Shown here piece by piece: positions 1 to 13,142 of a stretch of 64,000 nucleotides of DNA. The position numbers and the translations under genes are program-made. Every line of letters begins with the position of its first letter. The stretch's first letter is position 1. The notes under the pieces are model-generated. The model had not been told where the DNA came from, ran no database searches, and saw only the letters and a list, made by a program, of their open reading frames with translations. Source of the DNA: Phyllosticta citribraziliensis (Eukaryota); the NCBI RefSeq assembly GCF_038025025.1, contig NW_027117353.1, positions 558,001 to 622,000 of the forward strand, read 5' to 3'.

Positions 1-227
1 AATGATCGCCATCCAATCACCTACCCATATTAGTCCGAGGGAGATCAGATTACAGATGACGCTGGTGGGGACGCTAAGGAGGGGTTGAGGGTGAGTACTT
101 AAGGCAGTGTGAGCTTTTGAGCGGGAGTTCTAGAATTCGAAGACGAAGAACATTTCCCTGTGCACATTGCTACCATCTAGAGTCTTGACTTGCTCAGCAG
201 AAAAAGCAGAAAGGAATCGGCAGCAAA

Positions 228-1815
228 ATGGCATCAACAGAACCTGCATCCACCGAGCACGTCGAAGTCCACTACGACATTCCGGCAAAGACGAAAGCCG
301 GTGTTGTCGTCAATGAGGGTCCAGACTTTAGGATAGAAGTCCAAGAAGTCGATGTACCAGAACCAGGTCAGTGTCTTCCGATTCCTGTTGACGGCGTTGC
401 GTGGCCGTCATCGCGAGAGGGAGTGTAGTCAATGCAACGACTTTCGCGGCCGACATCGCTCTGTTTGGCTTCTCCCCCGCGATAAAAATATCAAACTTTG
501 CTCAGCCCTACATCTCGACCTGGGTGCTGGAAGCTTCAACTCTACGCCACTCTACGCCACTCGCCGCCTAATTGATGCCAAAGACTTGTCAAAAGAAGCC
601 AATTACTGACCAGACTGTCGCAAAGGGCCGAATGATTTGCTCCTCAAGCTCAGCTGTACTGGTCTAGTAAGCGCCCTCCCAAAGTCAAACGGTTAAGCGG
701 CTAATGCCGCGACAGTGCATGTCCGATGTACACTTCATGGCAAACGACTGGGCTCTGCCCAAGATGTCGGCCTTCGGCGTGCAGTGCGCAGGCCACGAAG
801 GCGCAGGCGTAGTCGTCAAGGTGGGCGCAAACGTCAAGCACTGGAAGGTCGGCGACCGCGGCGGAGTCAAGCCGCTCATCGACGTGTGCGGCAACTGCGA
901 GCTCTGCTGGGATGGCAAAGAAAACTACTGCCCACGGGCCTCCTACACTGGCTTGGTTGCAACTGGTAAGCTTGAAATGACTCCGCTGAGCTTCGCGGCT
1001 TTCGGCCAGTCGTCCGCTCCGTGCTGATGGCTTTTGCAGGCACGTATCAGCAGTACATCGTTTCCCCGGCCAAGTACACGTCGCCCATACCGGCGGGCGT
1101 CCCCGATTATGTCGCTGCTCCAATCATGTGCAGTGCCAGCACGATGCACCGGTCTCTCATCGACGCCCAACTCAAGCCTGCCTCATTTGTCGTCTTTCCC
1201 GGCGGTGGCGGCGGCGTCGGAATCCAGGGCGTGCAGCTCGCGAAAGCTCTGGGACACCGCCCAATAGTCGTCGACACTGGCGCTCAGAAGAGAGACCTCT
1301 CCCTGAAGTTGGGCGCCGAAGCTTTTGTCGACTTCATGGAGCACGGCGCGGAGACGTCCGAAGAGGTGAAGCGCGTCTGTGGTGATTTGGGCGCTCACTG
1401 TGTGATTGTGACGGCTCCGCAGGCCTACAAGAATGCAATCAGCTACGTTGGAAACCGCGTCGGTTCCAAGATCATGTGTGTCGGTCTGCGTAAGTAATCC
1501 CTCGTTCTAGACCCCCTAAGACGATGGTGGAATGAATGCGCCGGCATTGCCAACAAGGCTGACTGTCACACAGCTCCTGCTGGCACGACCAAGATCGAGG
1601 CGGAGCCGTCCGAGTACATCTTCCGCAACCTGAGCATCGTGGGCACGCTCGTCGGCACCATGAAGGACACTGCGGCGTGCCTCGACTTTGCGCAGCGCGG
1701 CTTGCTGCAGCAGATTGCAGAAGTGCGGCCGCTGAGCCAGATGCCCGAGTCGGTGCAGCAGCTGCGAAGAGGTGAAATCGCCGGACGCGTCGTCATTGAC
1801 TTTGATCAACAATGA
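228..1815 (+). CDS. Zn-dependent alcohol dehydrogenase (MDR superfamily), 5 exons
   Basis: Exons about 228-366, 626-666, 716-965, 1040-1489, 1574-1815 joined by GT-AG introns. Motifs GLCMSD, GHEGAG, CGNCELC..C and GGGGGVG; ends RVVIDFDQQ*. Confidence 0.93.
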
Positions 1816-2557
1816 GCTTCTGATTCGGTGCGTGTCGTTGGAGCGTGGAGTTGGCAGGAGAAAGCGACTGCAGCATTTGAGCGCGGAGAATTCACCTTCG
1901 TATATGATATTTGAAACGTTTGTTTGGCATGCTCCTTCCTTCTCCCGTTGTTGGTGGATTCTCTTGTGCAAGCTGGCTGCAAAAGTTCAGCGCGCAAGAC
2001 CTCAGATTCCTCGGCCTCTCCTTGACGACGTGATCGTCCCGAGCAGACCCACCACACCCCACAACACCAAAACGAAATGCAAAACGTACAACAGCCGGGA
2101 TTCGCTGCTGGTCACCCACGCAACTACTAATCGGCCGCAACGTAGCTTGTCTATGGAAGAGCGGACGGGGTTCCGAATTCTCTACGTGCTATGGTCGTAC
2201 GTGGAGTTGTCTCTTGGAAAGTTTGCTTATATCCAGGGTTGGTTCATGTACCACAGCCCGAGTTCAAATGGTAGACATGTCACATTAAAATTTGAGGGAG
2301 AGGAGTTTGAGGAAGCACAAGGACATAATCGCATTATATGCATTAAGGACAGTGGCCATGCAGTATCCAACACTGAGGTATGCACTCCGTCTACACCGGT
2401 CATCCCATTCATAACTCCACCCTGAGCCCATCACCGTGCGATCAAATGCTAAATGAGAGGCTTGAAAGAACGACACCGTCGAGCTAGATTTCAAATCAGC
2501 GCCGTACCATGTTGGAATCATTAAGAGGTACTCACAGCTAGATCATCGCCGCCATTT

Positions 2558-2881
2558 TTACTCGCAAGCATCGGCGCCCTCCTTGTAGTCGATGTTGATG
2601 ACGCCCAGGGGCGTTTCGCTGAGTGATTCCGGCACGTTGAGGAAGGCGTTGTGACACTCGGCGCGCCACACGCGGTTGACGTAGTCTTGCTCCGTCTCGT
2701 GGAATGCTCCTCCGCGTTCGTAACAAGACACCTTGAAGTATTCGTTCGGGTTCTTGTCCGGGTAGTCCGCTTTCGTGGTGATGGTGCCGCAGTATGTCGT
2801 CTCGCCATCCCCCGTTGGAGCGGGGGCGGCGCTGGTGAGGAGGGGAAGGAGGACGACAGCGAGGAATCCGAGTCCGTACAT
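2558..2881 (-). CDS. Small secreted protein (107 aa, 4 Cys), effector-like
   Basis: Single-exon ORF with hydrophobic signal peptide MYGLGFLAVVLLPLLTSA-AP, C/G-ending codon bias, CA-rich leader and a TATA-like element at about 3031-3037. Confidence 0.8.
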   Translation of the reverse strand: MYGLGFLAVVLLPLLTSAAPAPTGDGETTYCGTITTKADYPDKNPNEYFKVSCYERGGAFHETEQDYVNRVWRAECHNAFLNVPESLSETPLGVINIDYKEGADACE

Positions 2882-5800
2882 GATGGTTGATTTGATGAGG
2901 TGTTGGACTGCTGATGTGTGGAGAAGGTGTTGAATATTGTTTGAGTTGTAGGGAGAGTGGATTGTTGGTACTGGCTGAGCGGGGAGGATGTGTTGATGAT
3001 GGTGTGGAGGATGTCGCGAATGCGCCCCATTATATAGTCCAGCAACTCTTCAGAAGAAGTCCGCATTGTTGTGGTTAGCAGCCGTCGAGCCCGGATGACT
3101 CGAGTCATTGACTATATTTAGTCGAGCGTTGTCGTCGAAACCCTGGGTAAGTAAAAAAGCATATCTTTAGGCACAAACGCTCGCTTGCCAAAGGCATTTT
3201 GAGTCGATAGAGTTCAGAATTTGGCACCATCACCACGGCGAAGATGTGGAGAAGGAAGTTGATGCCCATATGCCGTCGCTTAAAATTCTCCGTGTTATTC
3301 CATTGTTTTTCTTGTCGCACAAGTACGGCGCGACGATGTAACGGCTGTCGCGGATGTCCTTCGTGAAAGTACCGAGGAGGTTATGTAACTGAAACATCCA
3401 GATTGGGACAGCTGACTACGCTGGTAGACAAATATTGACAGGTTCAAGGAACCGATTGCTCCGAGTGGGTGCGTCGCCTTGTGTACGAACGGGCCGCGCG
3501 GCCGTGTATGAATGACACTGCCCCGCCCACGCCTCGCCGCATAACCTTGATGGAATTCTGGTGAGGAGTGAAATTCGCCAAGGTAGTTGTCAATACAGCT
3601 CGGGCCTCCCGAAGCTGTATGCTTTGTCCAGCCGGTAATACGCCTGAGAAATCCAAAGAGCCACCACGCGAAGTGGACAGCCACAGAGTACGAGTAACTT
3701 ACGCTTACAGCTCTTTTACCAATTGTGGTTAGTTGATGATCGGAAGAGGCGTCAAAAGGCGTCAAAAGGCATAAAAACTAGAGCCCATAGATATTGCTTG
3801 TGTCTCAGTTCAATCTGGACGATACCATTTCGAGAAAGAACGAGGTGTTGATGCAGGGCTGAGCGGAGTTTAGCCTCTTCGGTGCGGAAGCCCGCTGCGA
3901 ATCCCAGTCTGCTCCGAGCGGTCCGTCCCAACCTCACGGGCCGTGCCATTCGTTGAATCGCTCGCAGTTCCAAAGATATTCTCTGGCTCTGGCGTGTCAT
4001 GGTCGAAGATCAAACCCCGACAAAGAATCAATACTCTGTCTCCTCCCAAGCGGGCCGGGAAAATGCGAGGTCGGCTCGGTTTCAAGAGCACTGCAGGCAG
4101 CTGTGTACTTGGCCATCAGGCCCGGATGCAGCGCAAGTTCCAAGTATACTACGCTGTGGCGTACAACCAAGGTGAGCTGCTCGTGTTCTGGAAGCTTTAA
4201 GGCAACGGGCGTGTGCCACTGACGAAGCTTCCTCGTACTCAGCCTGACGTATGTTACAACGGACACGTGAGAAAGAGGGGTCTTGCACCGGATCTGGAAG
4301 CCTTGGGCGACTTTGCGTTGGCCTCTTCCTTTGACGATTCTTATTGCGGAGGTGTTTCCGCCTGCGCTGAAGCAGATCAGGCAGTGGTAACGACAACTAA
4401 GTTTAGATCCAGAAGTATCCTTTCGCGGCCGGCGAGCAGGTCTGGTAGTTGAGAGCGCCGGGTCCACGCGAAGGCAAGCAAACAGAGTCCGTGTTTTAGT
4501 TCATAGGGTTGCGTGGAAGCATGCAGATGCGCGTTCTCGGCTGTCGGATTGTTGTGCCGCGACCCTCGAGTTGGGGTTGTTGACTTGTTTTGGTGACAAG
4601 AGTCCTTTCCCCGCGGGCCGGCTAACATCGATTAACCTTGTTTGAATTTGCGGGCCTCAATTTGCCTTCTTTTAGCAATGGGCTTTGGGGCTGGCTTAGT
4701 CGACTGAATAGCATGTCGCTTTGACAATTGGCTGGAGCCATCCAAAATATCCATGCGATTGATCCACATAATTCGTGTTTCCGGGAGTGGCTTTTAGGTC
4801 GTTGTCAAGCCGCGGGATAACAGGGTGCGAGCCACCCGTGTTTATCGAAGATCTTGGTATTTTCCTTTCGTTCCGGTGCTCTTCATCATCGCAGATGGAG
4901 GACGAGACTTAGGCGAGCCACGTCAAATAAAATGGCTTGGATGAATTGTCGGTCTCTTCCGGTAACCGCCAAGTATAGAGAGCGTTGTCTCCTCCTGTTC
5001 TTCACCATTTTCAAGCCGCCATCGATTGATCCTCTAGCCAACCCCTCTAATCGCTTTCCCCGCTTCACGACGTGCCGTTAAGACCCAAGTCGACAAAGTT
5101 AGTACTGTAAGGTGTTAACGCGTCCTCAAGCAAAAATCCCGTAGCCTTGATTGTTTACTCACCGTCAAAGTGTAATGGGGTGACATGAATGGCCCAAGCT
5201 AGTGCCGAGCATGAGCACAAATACCTTGTCTTGTACATGCTTTTCGGACAAGAGCATAATTGCCCCAGTAAGCGATGGCTTTGGCTAAAAATTGATCATG
5301 GCCAAAATTCTTCCGTCTTGGCCAGTCGTTTCTGTTACTCACTGCTTGAACTGTGCCTTGGTCTTCGTTCGAAGTGCCGGGGAATCTTTGCTACATCCAA
5401 GCGGACCGCCGGAGCAGTTTTGAGGTTTAGAGTTGCAGTCGGATAAGCTCGGACAACGCCTGCGGATGGAACCTCAAGGGTATGATGCAGAATCGTCTCG
5501 AAGAATTTTTCCGGGAAAGATTTTTCGCATGCGGGGGAAGAAGGGGAAGGAAACCAGGTAAGCTCACGAATGTCGCTTTCGCACTCGCTTTCGAGGATTT
5601 TGGAGGTATCTCCTTTGGCGTGATTACTGTGTCTGGTATCAGAGCAGAAGCTGCGACGATTATGAGCTCCCACATCCAGTGTTTAGAGAGGAACGCGACA
5701 AATGCCTTGGTGGTCATTCTCTGACGCGTTGGGACGGGGAAATCTTGCCAGAGAAATGCATGATCGTCTTCCTGACTCACGAAAGCGCGATGAATTCAAA

Positions 5801-7026
5801 AGGCTCTTCGTACTCGGCCCTCGCGGCGAGCATGCATCGGTCGTCCATCCCGGATTCCGTGGAAGCTGCCTGTGATGAGACTGGACATGTTTCCTGGACG
5901 GCCTGGAGATGTGGATCCAGCCAGTTCTGCCTCATCAACGGAGGTTCGTGCCAAAAGCCGGGGGCATGTCCAGCGCCTGAAACCAGAGGATGGCAGCAAC
6001 GATCTTGTGGGCGACTCAAGGCAAGCCCATGGTCTACCGAAGAGAGCCTTTCGTCTGCCAAATCCGAGAGACTGGACATCGCAGGTACACTCAAAATTTC
6101 CGATTCCTCCACCAATTTTTGTGTGTCACTGGCGACCAGAGGCAGGACCGCTCGCTACCGATCAAGCCGTAGTCCTTTATCCAAGCAGACCGGGGCCATC
6201 GGAGGTTTTCGTGTTCGCCCGGATCGCCGCCCGAGCTGGTTTGCGCTGCAGTTGAATGAGGCAATCCGACGGGTCCGCGTGCTTCCTGAGCCGTGGGTTC
6301 CTAGTTTTTCGCCTAGGGAATAGAATCTGGCGCAACAACGTCAGCGTTTTGTAGAAGATTCGTTAGACGGAAGATGTCAACGCCGACTGCTGGCGAGTAC
6401 CTACCAGACCGGCTCTCCGAACGCGTCATGCGACAAAGCAGCGGTCCCGCCTCTCGAAGGAAAATCCATTGCTGAGAAGGTAAAAGAATCAACGCTCAGA
6501 GCGGTTTGGCGACAGAATTGTAGAAGAGTTGATGAAAACGTGTCGTCAGAAGGCGACGGGTTGACGTCGTTCGGCGGGGTGATGGAAAAGGAAAGCGCCC
6601 TGCGGGACGAGCCGAAGCCACGCGACCATCATATCAAAAGTTAGGAAAGCCACAACTTTTGTTCCGGTCACTGCACACCTGGAAATAGACTTGATTTAGC
6701 CTGCCTTTCTCTGTCGCCTCAAAATTTGTACGAATCTGCTGAGATTGAGGCTGGAGGTCGGTGCAGTGACGCAGCTGGTGGGTGAGTTCCTGGTTCCATC
6801 CAAAATTCGCACCAGCCCCAACTTCGCATTCCATCACGCATACAACCACCATTGATCAGAAAAGCTGTCCTTACATAGCTCGAGCATAAACAAGCTCCTT
6901 CGAAAGAACGGCCGTGAGCTCGCGCGCCACATTGAACAATGTGAGCTCAAAAGTAGTAGTATATATTGTATACAGGCGAGCCCAATTTTCAACAGCAGTT
7001 AACTCTGAATGGAGCAAGCTGACCTG

Positions 7027-7142
7027 GGCTGCTTGGCCGAGTGGTTATGGCGCTAGTTTCAGGACACCTGAACAGAGTTCCGAATTAAGGAATCCAATTA
7101 CTAGTTGGGCAACCTTCGTGAGTTCGAGTCTCACAGCAGTCA
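7027..7142 (+). tRNA. tRNA-Leu(CAG) with 35-nt intron (7064-7098)
   Basis: Acceptor stem GGCTGCT/AGCAGTC with discriminator A, D-arm GCC-GAGTGGTTAT-GGC, anticodon stem CTAGT/ACTAG with CAG at 7060-7062, long variable arm, T-arm GTGAG-TTCGAGT-CTCAC, T-run terminator at about 7148. Confidence 0.95.
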
Positions 7143-7646
7143 ACATCTTTTTTGCTTTTTGTTTTGCCCTTCCAGCGCATCAAGCGAGCATCTGAACATG
7201 TCAACGAAGCGAAAATGTGCAAACGTTGGCCCATACCGGTTTGCGTCTGTTACATCTTCGCCACTCGTTCGGCAGCTCAGCCACGCTCCTCAGCTTTGTT
7301 CTCGCTCGCATTTCCAGTCCAACATGTCCGAGTCTTTTCAAAGCGGACCGTCTCTTTTGCTCTTCGCCCTGAAATTTGTTCGGGTCCATGGCTCCATCTG
7401 TCACACCAATATTCCCAGTTCTCGAACGGACTGATGCCCTCGGAAAGACACGGCAAACGCATGCTCGTTGAACGAGAGATGGACACTTCGACTGAGTCCG
7501 AAATTGCCTTTGCTCAACACGCTTACGTGCACAAAATGTTTTCGGACCGACAATAAATCGAAGACTGCGCGTCCAACTCTGAGCCCGTTCTCCTTAAGAA
7601 CATGTGCATTTGAATGGAAGATATTTACATCGACGGCATCTGCACT

Positions 7647-9013
7647 TTACAAAGCTTCGTACTCCAAACTGGCCAGAATGAAGGGACCGGCTCCCTTCAA
7701 GTCATTCTCGACAACCGGCACAGTGGTGTAGTACTCGTAGCTTGCATCGCCCTTCAAGCTGCCCACTTCGACAGTTCCCTCCCAGTTCAGGTACCCACCA
7801 GTCGCGTTCGCCTTGACAAAGTTCTGCACCAATCCCTGGTAGCCCGTCGTACCCGCGGTCTTTGCGCGCTGCGCCAGGTCGCCAGTAAAGTACTTCAAGC
7901 GGAGTCCCTTGAGCAGAGAGTAGACAAACATGGCAGAGCCGCTGCTCTCAATGTAGTTGCCCTCGCGCTCAGCGAGCTCAGGGTCGAGCAGAAGCAACCA
8001 GCCATTGGCAGTGTCGGACGTGTTTCCGACGCGCTGCACGTCGATGACGCCGCTCATGACGTCTTGGAATTGGGCCTTGAGATCCGCAGCGTTGGTCTTG
8101 ACATGCTGCATGTCGCCGGTGGCCGACGAGTTGGCCAGCAGCGCGTCGAGCTCTTCGAGAATGTCGACGGCCGCCATGGTCCACCAGCCCAGCGCGCGGC
8201 TCCAGACGTACGGGCTTGCGCCGGTTTCGGGGTCGCTCCAATTGCGCCGGGACGAAGCAGGCTCGGAGCCGTCGTAGCCGTGGTACAAGAGGCGCGTGGT
8301 CTCGTTGTAGACGTGCTCGTGGATCAGAGTGAACTGCTTGTGGACATCCAAGAATGCAGTGGCGTTGGTCGGCGCAAAGAGGCGCGTGTGGTGCACGTAG
8401 AGCGGAAGGGCCATGTAAATGCCATCGAGCCACTGCAGTTTGTCAGAGTGGGTTTCCAGGTAAGTCCAGTCCAAGTCAAACTCTTGAAAGCAAAAGAAGT
8501 TTCGCCCAAGTCATTTCTTTGTGGAAAGGAGCAAACAAGACAGGTCAAGGAACCAAAAGGAAGAATACGCACCATCTGATTCGGGTAGTCCGGATCACGG
8601 TGCCAAAAGCCTCCCTCTTCGTTTCTTGGTTGAACGTTCAACCTATCCCTCAACGTGTCGGCCGCAACTTTCCACTTCTCTTCACCAGTCTTTTCCCAGA
8701 GGAGCAGGTAGATGTTTCCCATGCGAAAGTCGTCCAACGACTTCTTCTCCGGAGGCCAGTCCGCAATCGACCCGTCGTCATTGACCAGTCCCTCGAGCTG
8801 GGAATCAATGAACGACGAGTAGCTGGCATTGCCAGTTGCTGTGTGTACCTTGTCAAGGGCGCGGTACAACACTGCTTGCTCATAGCCCAAGTCCTTCTCC
8901 ACGCCCTTGGCCAAGAAGGAAGAGGCCATCCATGATGAGTAGGGCTGTGCGGAGAGGACAGGGGTGGTCAAGAAGGGAAGGAGGGAGAGGGAGAGTGCAA
9001 TTGGAGACTTCAT
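7647..9013 (-). CDS. Secreted glycoside hydrolase family 105 (unsaturated rhamnogalacturonyl/glucuronyl hydrolase)
   Basis: Signal peptide; exons 9013-8573 and 8432-7647; motifs GGFWHR..YPNQM|WLDGIYM, LLYHGYD, WSRALGW, YIESSGSAMF, GPFILA. Confidence 0.92.
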
Positions 9014-9166
9014 GTTTCTGTTTGAGCGCCCACTGGCCGAACAGTATAGAAGGAGTGGGAAAAGCGTGAAACTGCGGCTGAAGCACAGTGGATCGAAACC
9101 TGGGAATGAGTGACTGATAAACGCCGAACTTGCTGAAGCAGGAACTAGGAGAGCTGAAGTCCAGTT

Positions 9167-9410
9167 TATACAGCCATTGTCCTACTTACTCGCCTACAAG
9201 GCATCGCCGCGGCGGCCTGCATTCACCCTCCACTACCGTCTCCACAACGCCCCTTTCTTTTTCCACTCCCTCCGCCAAGGTGCGGCCTCCACAAGGAACA
9301 GCGTCCTCGAAAGAGATCAGGCAAACATCCAACACGTTCATGGCCCCCAACCGACTTGGCGCTGTATGAAGTGACCGGGTAGAGGGCTTGGCTGCCGTTT
9401 CTGGCCTGGC
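9167..9410 (-). promoter_or_regulatory. GH105 promoter: TATA plus CCNCCAA (GaaR-type) and GCCARG (PacC-type) motifs
   Basis: TATAAA on the minus strand at about 9165-9171; TCCGCCAA 9271-9278, CCCCCAA 9344-9350; GCCAAG/CTTGGC at 9274, 9355 and 9387. Motif matches only. Confidence 0.4.
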
Positions 9411-10066
9411 GGAATGGTGGAGCGGACATGCTTGACTGATCTTGCCTCAAACAAGCTATTCTGGAACAGGTAGGTGGATAGATGATTCGACGGAGAAATT
9501 TTGTTGGCGAGCTGAGGGCCCAAGCGAGCGCGCGCGCAGTAACCTGGTCCGTGAACGTGGTGTGGTACTCATGGGGGCCGCGCGTGCGGGGCCCCACGCT
9601 GGTTGTTGGGCGGATCCAGTTCTCCCGCTTTTGTGGCTCTTGTCCGCGATCCGATCTCTTCTTCCTCATCTTCAGCCTCTACCGGATGCATCGATGGCGG
9701 TTGTTCTGTTTTTTGCGCGAGACGCTGCGCGTGGTGTTGAAGTGAGTTGCTCGCTTAGCGAGCGAGATACGAGAGATTGCTCGCTCGTACAGTTGAAACG
9801 CCGAGATCAGGCCTGTGGGCCCTGCCGACTGCTCTGATCCTTCTGACGACAAAACGGCTGCAGCCGCATGGAAATTTGGATGGAGTTCAGACTACCGGCG
9901 TATGCAGCGCACTGAGAACCCTCCAGTCATGTTTCAATTCTCACCCAAGCCCAGAGTCCATCCGCAGACGGAGCTGTCCAGCTTTTCATCCCATAGCTAA
10001 CGACAGAACGTCTTCTGCGTGTAGGTTCAGCTCTCTCGACTCGATGACAAGATCAAACAGTGAATC

Positions 10067-11571
10067 TTACCAAATAACCCTTATGTCCGCAGTACTTGAT
10101 ACCATACCTAGACGGATTTTGAGCATCGCAATCTTCCACAACACCCAAATTCGAATGCACCACAATCGATACCGTAGCATGACGCAGTGCGGACCCATGA
10201 TGAAGTTTCGTACTTCATTCAAATACAAGACAAAGTATGTAGCCAGGAGCAGTAAGGCCGAGGTGACAGCCCAGCTCCAGAGACTTGCGCTCGTCAATTC
10301 CTGGAGAAGTGAGCATTACATCCAGCTTAACATATGTTTACGCTTACTTTGAAATTCATGCCGAAAACGCCCGCAACAAATGTCAGGGGAATAAAGAAAA
10401 ACGCAAGTTGTGTAAGTTGAGTAACGTGCTCAGCTTCCCTAATGACTTTACTACTTTCCTTGATGCTCATCGTACCAATGAGAGCAGAGAAAGTTGAATC
10501 AAGGTGGCGCTGAATAGATTCGAGCTTGAAATTGTTGCGTTGTGATTCTTCAAGAATCTGCTCGATGAGTTCACGCGGATATTTTATATCCTCCAAAGCT
10601 CGAGCAACTTGATGGTAGAAGTGGCGTCGGGAGTGTATGTACGCCCGCCCATGTCCCATGATCCACTGCCAGCCCTCCATCATCTGCTTCAGAACTTTGC
10701 TGAAAATCATTTCCTTGTCGATTTCTTGGAGGCCGCGCTCCAAGGTGTCGAGAATCTGGCCCTCATCGAACGGAATGATTTGACAGAGGATGGCCTGTAA
10801 GAATTCGGCGACAAATAAACCCCTGGCTGGCTGGAAAATGCCGCCTCGAAGAGTGGCGACCAGGTAGGAGTAGGCTGATGAATTTACTGAGAGGACAAAC
10901 ACAGTGGTTTCAGGCAGTTTAAGATAACAAACGCGTTCTTTCCTAGCCCACGTAAAGTTGAGGGAAGGTGGTGCGGTCACTCTTAGTGGCGTTTTGAATG
11001 TTTCTTTGAATCCATCGATGTCCACACCGGCAGCTAGCGGAATCGGAGAGAAAGTGATTCGGTTCCAAGCCAGGTACAGGCCGCGGCTCCCAGAGCCGTC
11101 ATTCACGTTTATCGACATGGCCTCTTCTTCTTGGTCATTACTGACGAGAGATTGGGCGAATTGTGTGACTGGTTCAGGAGCTCCTCGAAGCGCGAGGTAG
11201 GAAAGGAGAATGGGCATGCGGTCTGGGTGTGTATCGAACCCCCCTCCACCGCAATCAATGAGCAGAAGAACTTGGTAAGAATCTTCCTTCCGTGCATATT
11301 GTGACTCGTGTGTCGCAACACTGTGTTCGAATTTCTCCACGGGCGTGTATATCGTTCTGTGCGACTCGAAACTCCCGTCCTGAGCTTCGATGAAGTCGAA
11401 TACATAGACTGCCGTGCTGTCTTGTTGCGGAATCTGTAAATCGAGTCCACAACCAGAAGCCTGGTCGACGTCTTCGGACACCGTATCGTCGAGATCGTGG
11501 TTCGAAAGTGACTCGTCTTCGTCGGTTCTCGCCGGCTGTTGCCCCTTCTCAAGGTCATCAGGGGTATTCAT
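10067..11571 (-). CDS. CorA-like membrane protein, tandem copy 1
   Basis: Exon 11571-10348, intron 10347-10301, exon 10300-10067. C-terminal AEHVTQLTQLAFFFIPLTFVAGVFGMNFK|ELTSASLWSWAVTS carries the CorA GMN signature and two TM helices. Confidence 0.85.
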
Positions 11572-12172
11572 GACAGCTTTCCAGAAACAGGTGATGCTTT
11601 GAAGTGTGGTAGAGTCTCCCAAGTGTCGATTTTGGATCAGGTAGGAGTGTGTCAATTTGACGGTTGTGTGTCGTCCTAGAGTAATTTGCGCAAAGATTTC
11701 GTTTTACGAGCGACTTGCAGCGGAACAGTACGGAAAAGAGATGGGGATTCAAGGTCCAAGGCTGGAGGCCGGTCGCAGAGACTTATCTCTATGAGCCACA
11801 TCATAACTCTTGCTGACAATACGTGGTGCAGCTGTCAGCAACACTGCGCCTTGTTTTCTGCAGACCCTGGCGTATTGACTGTGGCTTGCAGCGGAATGAG
11901 GCTGCGCAGCACCAGACGTTTCCTGCTGTTAATGGGCTTCCCGTGGGTGGTTCCGCTCAGATGATAGCTGGGAATTCTTATCAGTCGTTGAGCATGCAAA
12001 ATAAAGCCCATACAGGTTGATCATCTTAGTATGATAACGATCACAAATTGGATCCTTTCTCCATTCAAGTCCGTCCTGCAACCATGTCCTAGTTGGGCCA
12101 ATATGGACCGATAAACAGCGTTGAGCATAAAAGACATCGCTCTGAAGAGTTTCTCCACGGTCCTCGCAAACG

Positions 12173-13142
12173 TCAAGAGATAAGCTTGTACAAGGATTGT
12201 ATGGCCAAGAAGTAGAAAAACGTGGTCATGGTGTACGAAAACAGAGCCAGTGCCATCCAGAAGACTACAGTCAGCGCGGCTCTTGTCCAAATTCTGACCA
12301 GCAACTTCCAAAATATTCGGCAATTCAACACCACGTAAGTAGCAGCGAGCCGTGAAAGCCAATGCTATTGCCTAGATCCAGATATTGAAGTCGGCAAGCT
12401 CTACATCGCCCTGGGCAGTATTTGCGATGGATGTCTTACATTGGGTTGCACGTTGCAACCCACGCAGACCACGCGCCGAAGAATACCCCTAGTCCCGCTA
12501 CGCCTAAGCTTTGCTCCGTCCTTTTGATTTGGCGATGGCTCATCATCTCAGAAAGAGCTGGACGTGTAGTATCCAGATGACGCTGGACCTCATTTGATCG
12601 AGCATCAAGTTCGTTGTAAGATTTTTGTAAATCTTCCCCTGTTGCTCCTGAAAGAGCAGCGACATCCAATGCTTTTGTGAGCCGCCGCTTGAATTCACGG
12701 CTTGAATGCAAATGTGCTTGCCAGAAAATCACAAGCCACAACAACTCAGATCCCAAGCGATGAAGCCATTTCCGGCTGCCCCTGAGCTGATCGATCCCTC
12801 CTAGCTCTTGTTTGATACGATCCAGGACGTTGTGCTCGTCAACCGCCACCATTCTGGCGAGGCATTCTTTGAAGAGCTGAGGCGGACCGCGTCTATCTGT
12901 CGCTTGTCGGCTTGAATCTATCAAATTGTTGGCAAGACGTTCCACTGTACTCTTGAAGTGTTCGGCTTTTTCGGCTGGAACCAGTTGGTGCTTTTCTCAA
13001 TCTCCAGTCGACCAGGCTTTAGGCGAGTTCCTCGAAAGTTGACAGCCAGAGTAGTGTGAGTCGTTGAAAGAAAACAAGTCTCCTGCTTCAGAGCGCATTC
13101 GAGTTCGATATTCTTCCCGACGCTGTGTGTGTGCAAGGGCAA
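12173..13142 (-). pseudogene. CorA-like pseudogene, tandem copy 2
   Basis: Helical region homologous to the neighbours (DEHNVLDRIKQEL..ID; RHLDTT..AL). GMN segment lost, N-terminal half absent, frameshift at about 12945. Exon-2 remnant ELADFNIWI*A..LAATYVVL has TAG (12372-12374) where paralogs have TGG, plus a second frameshift. Confidence 0.7.

Noticed and set aside
541..560. Short 10-bp duplications (541, 3748, about 50475) and simple repeats (45121, 54931, 63170)
   Set aside because: Ordinary slippage products without further structure.
7053..7063. tRNA read as TCA anticodon (Sec/suppressor) or as a CUG-reassigning tRNA
   Set aside because: Stem register CTAGT/ACTAG places U33 at 7059 and CAG as the anticodon. 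Discriminator A and Leu-type arms indicate an ordinary tRNA-Leu.
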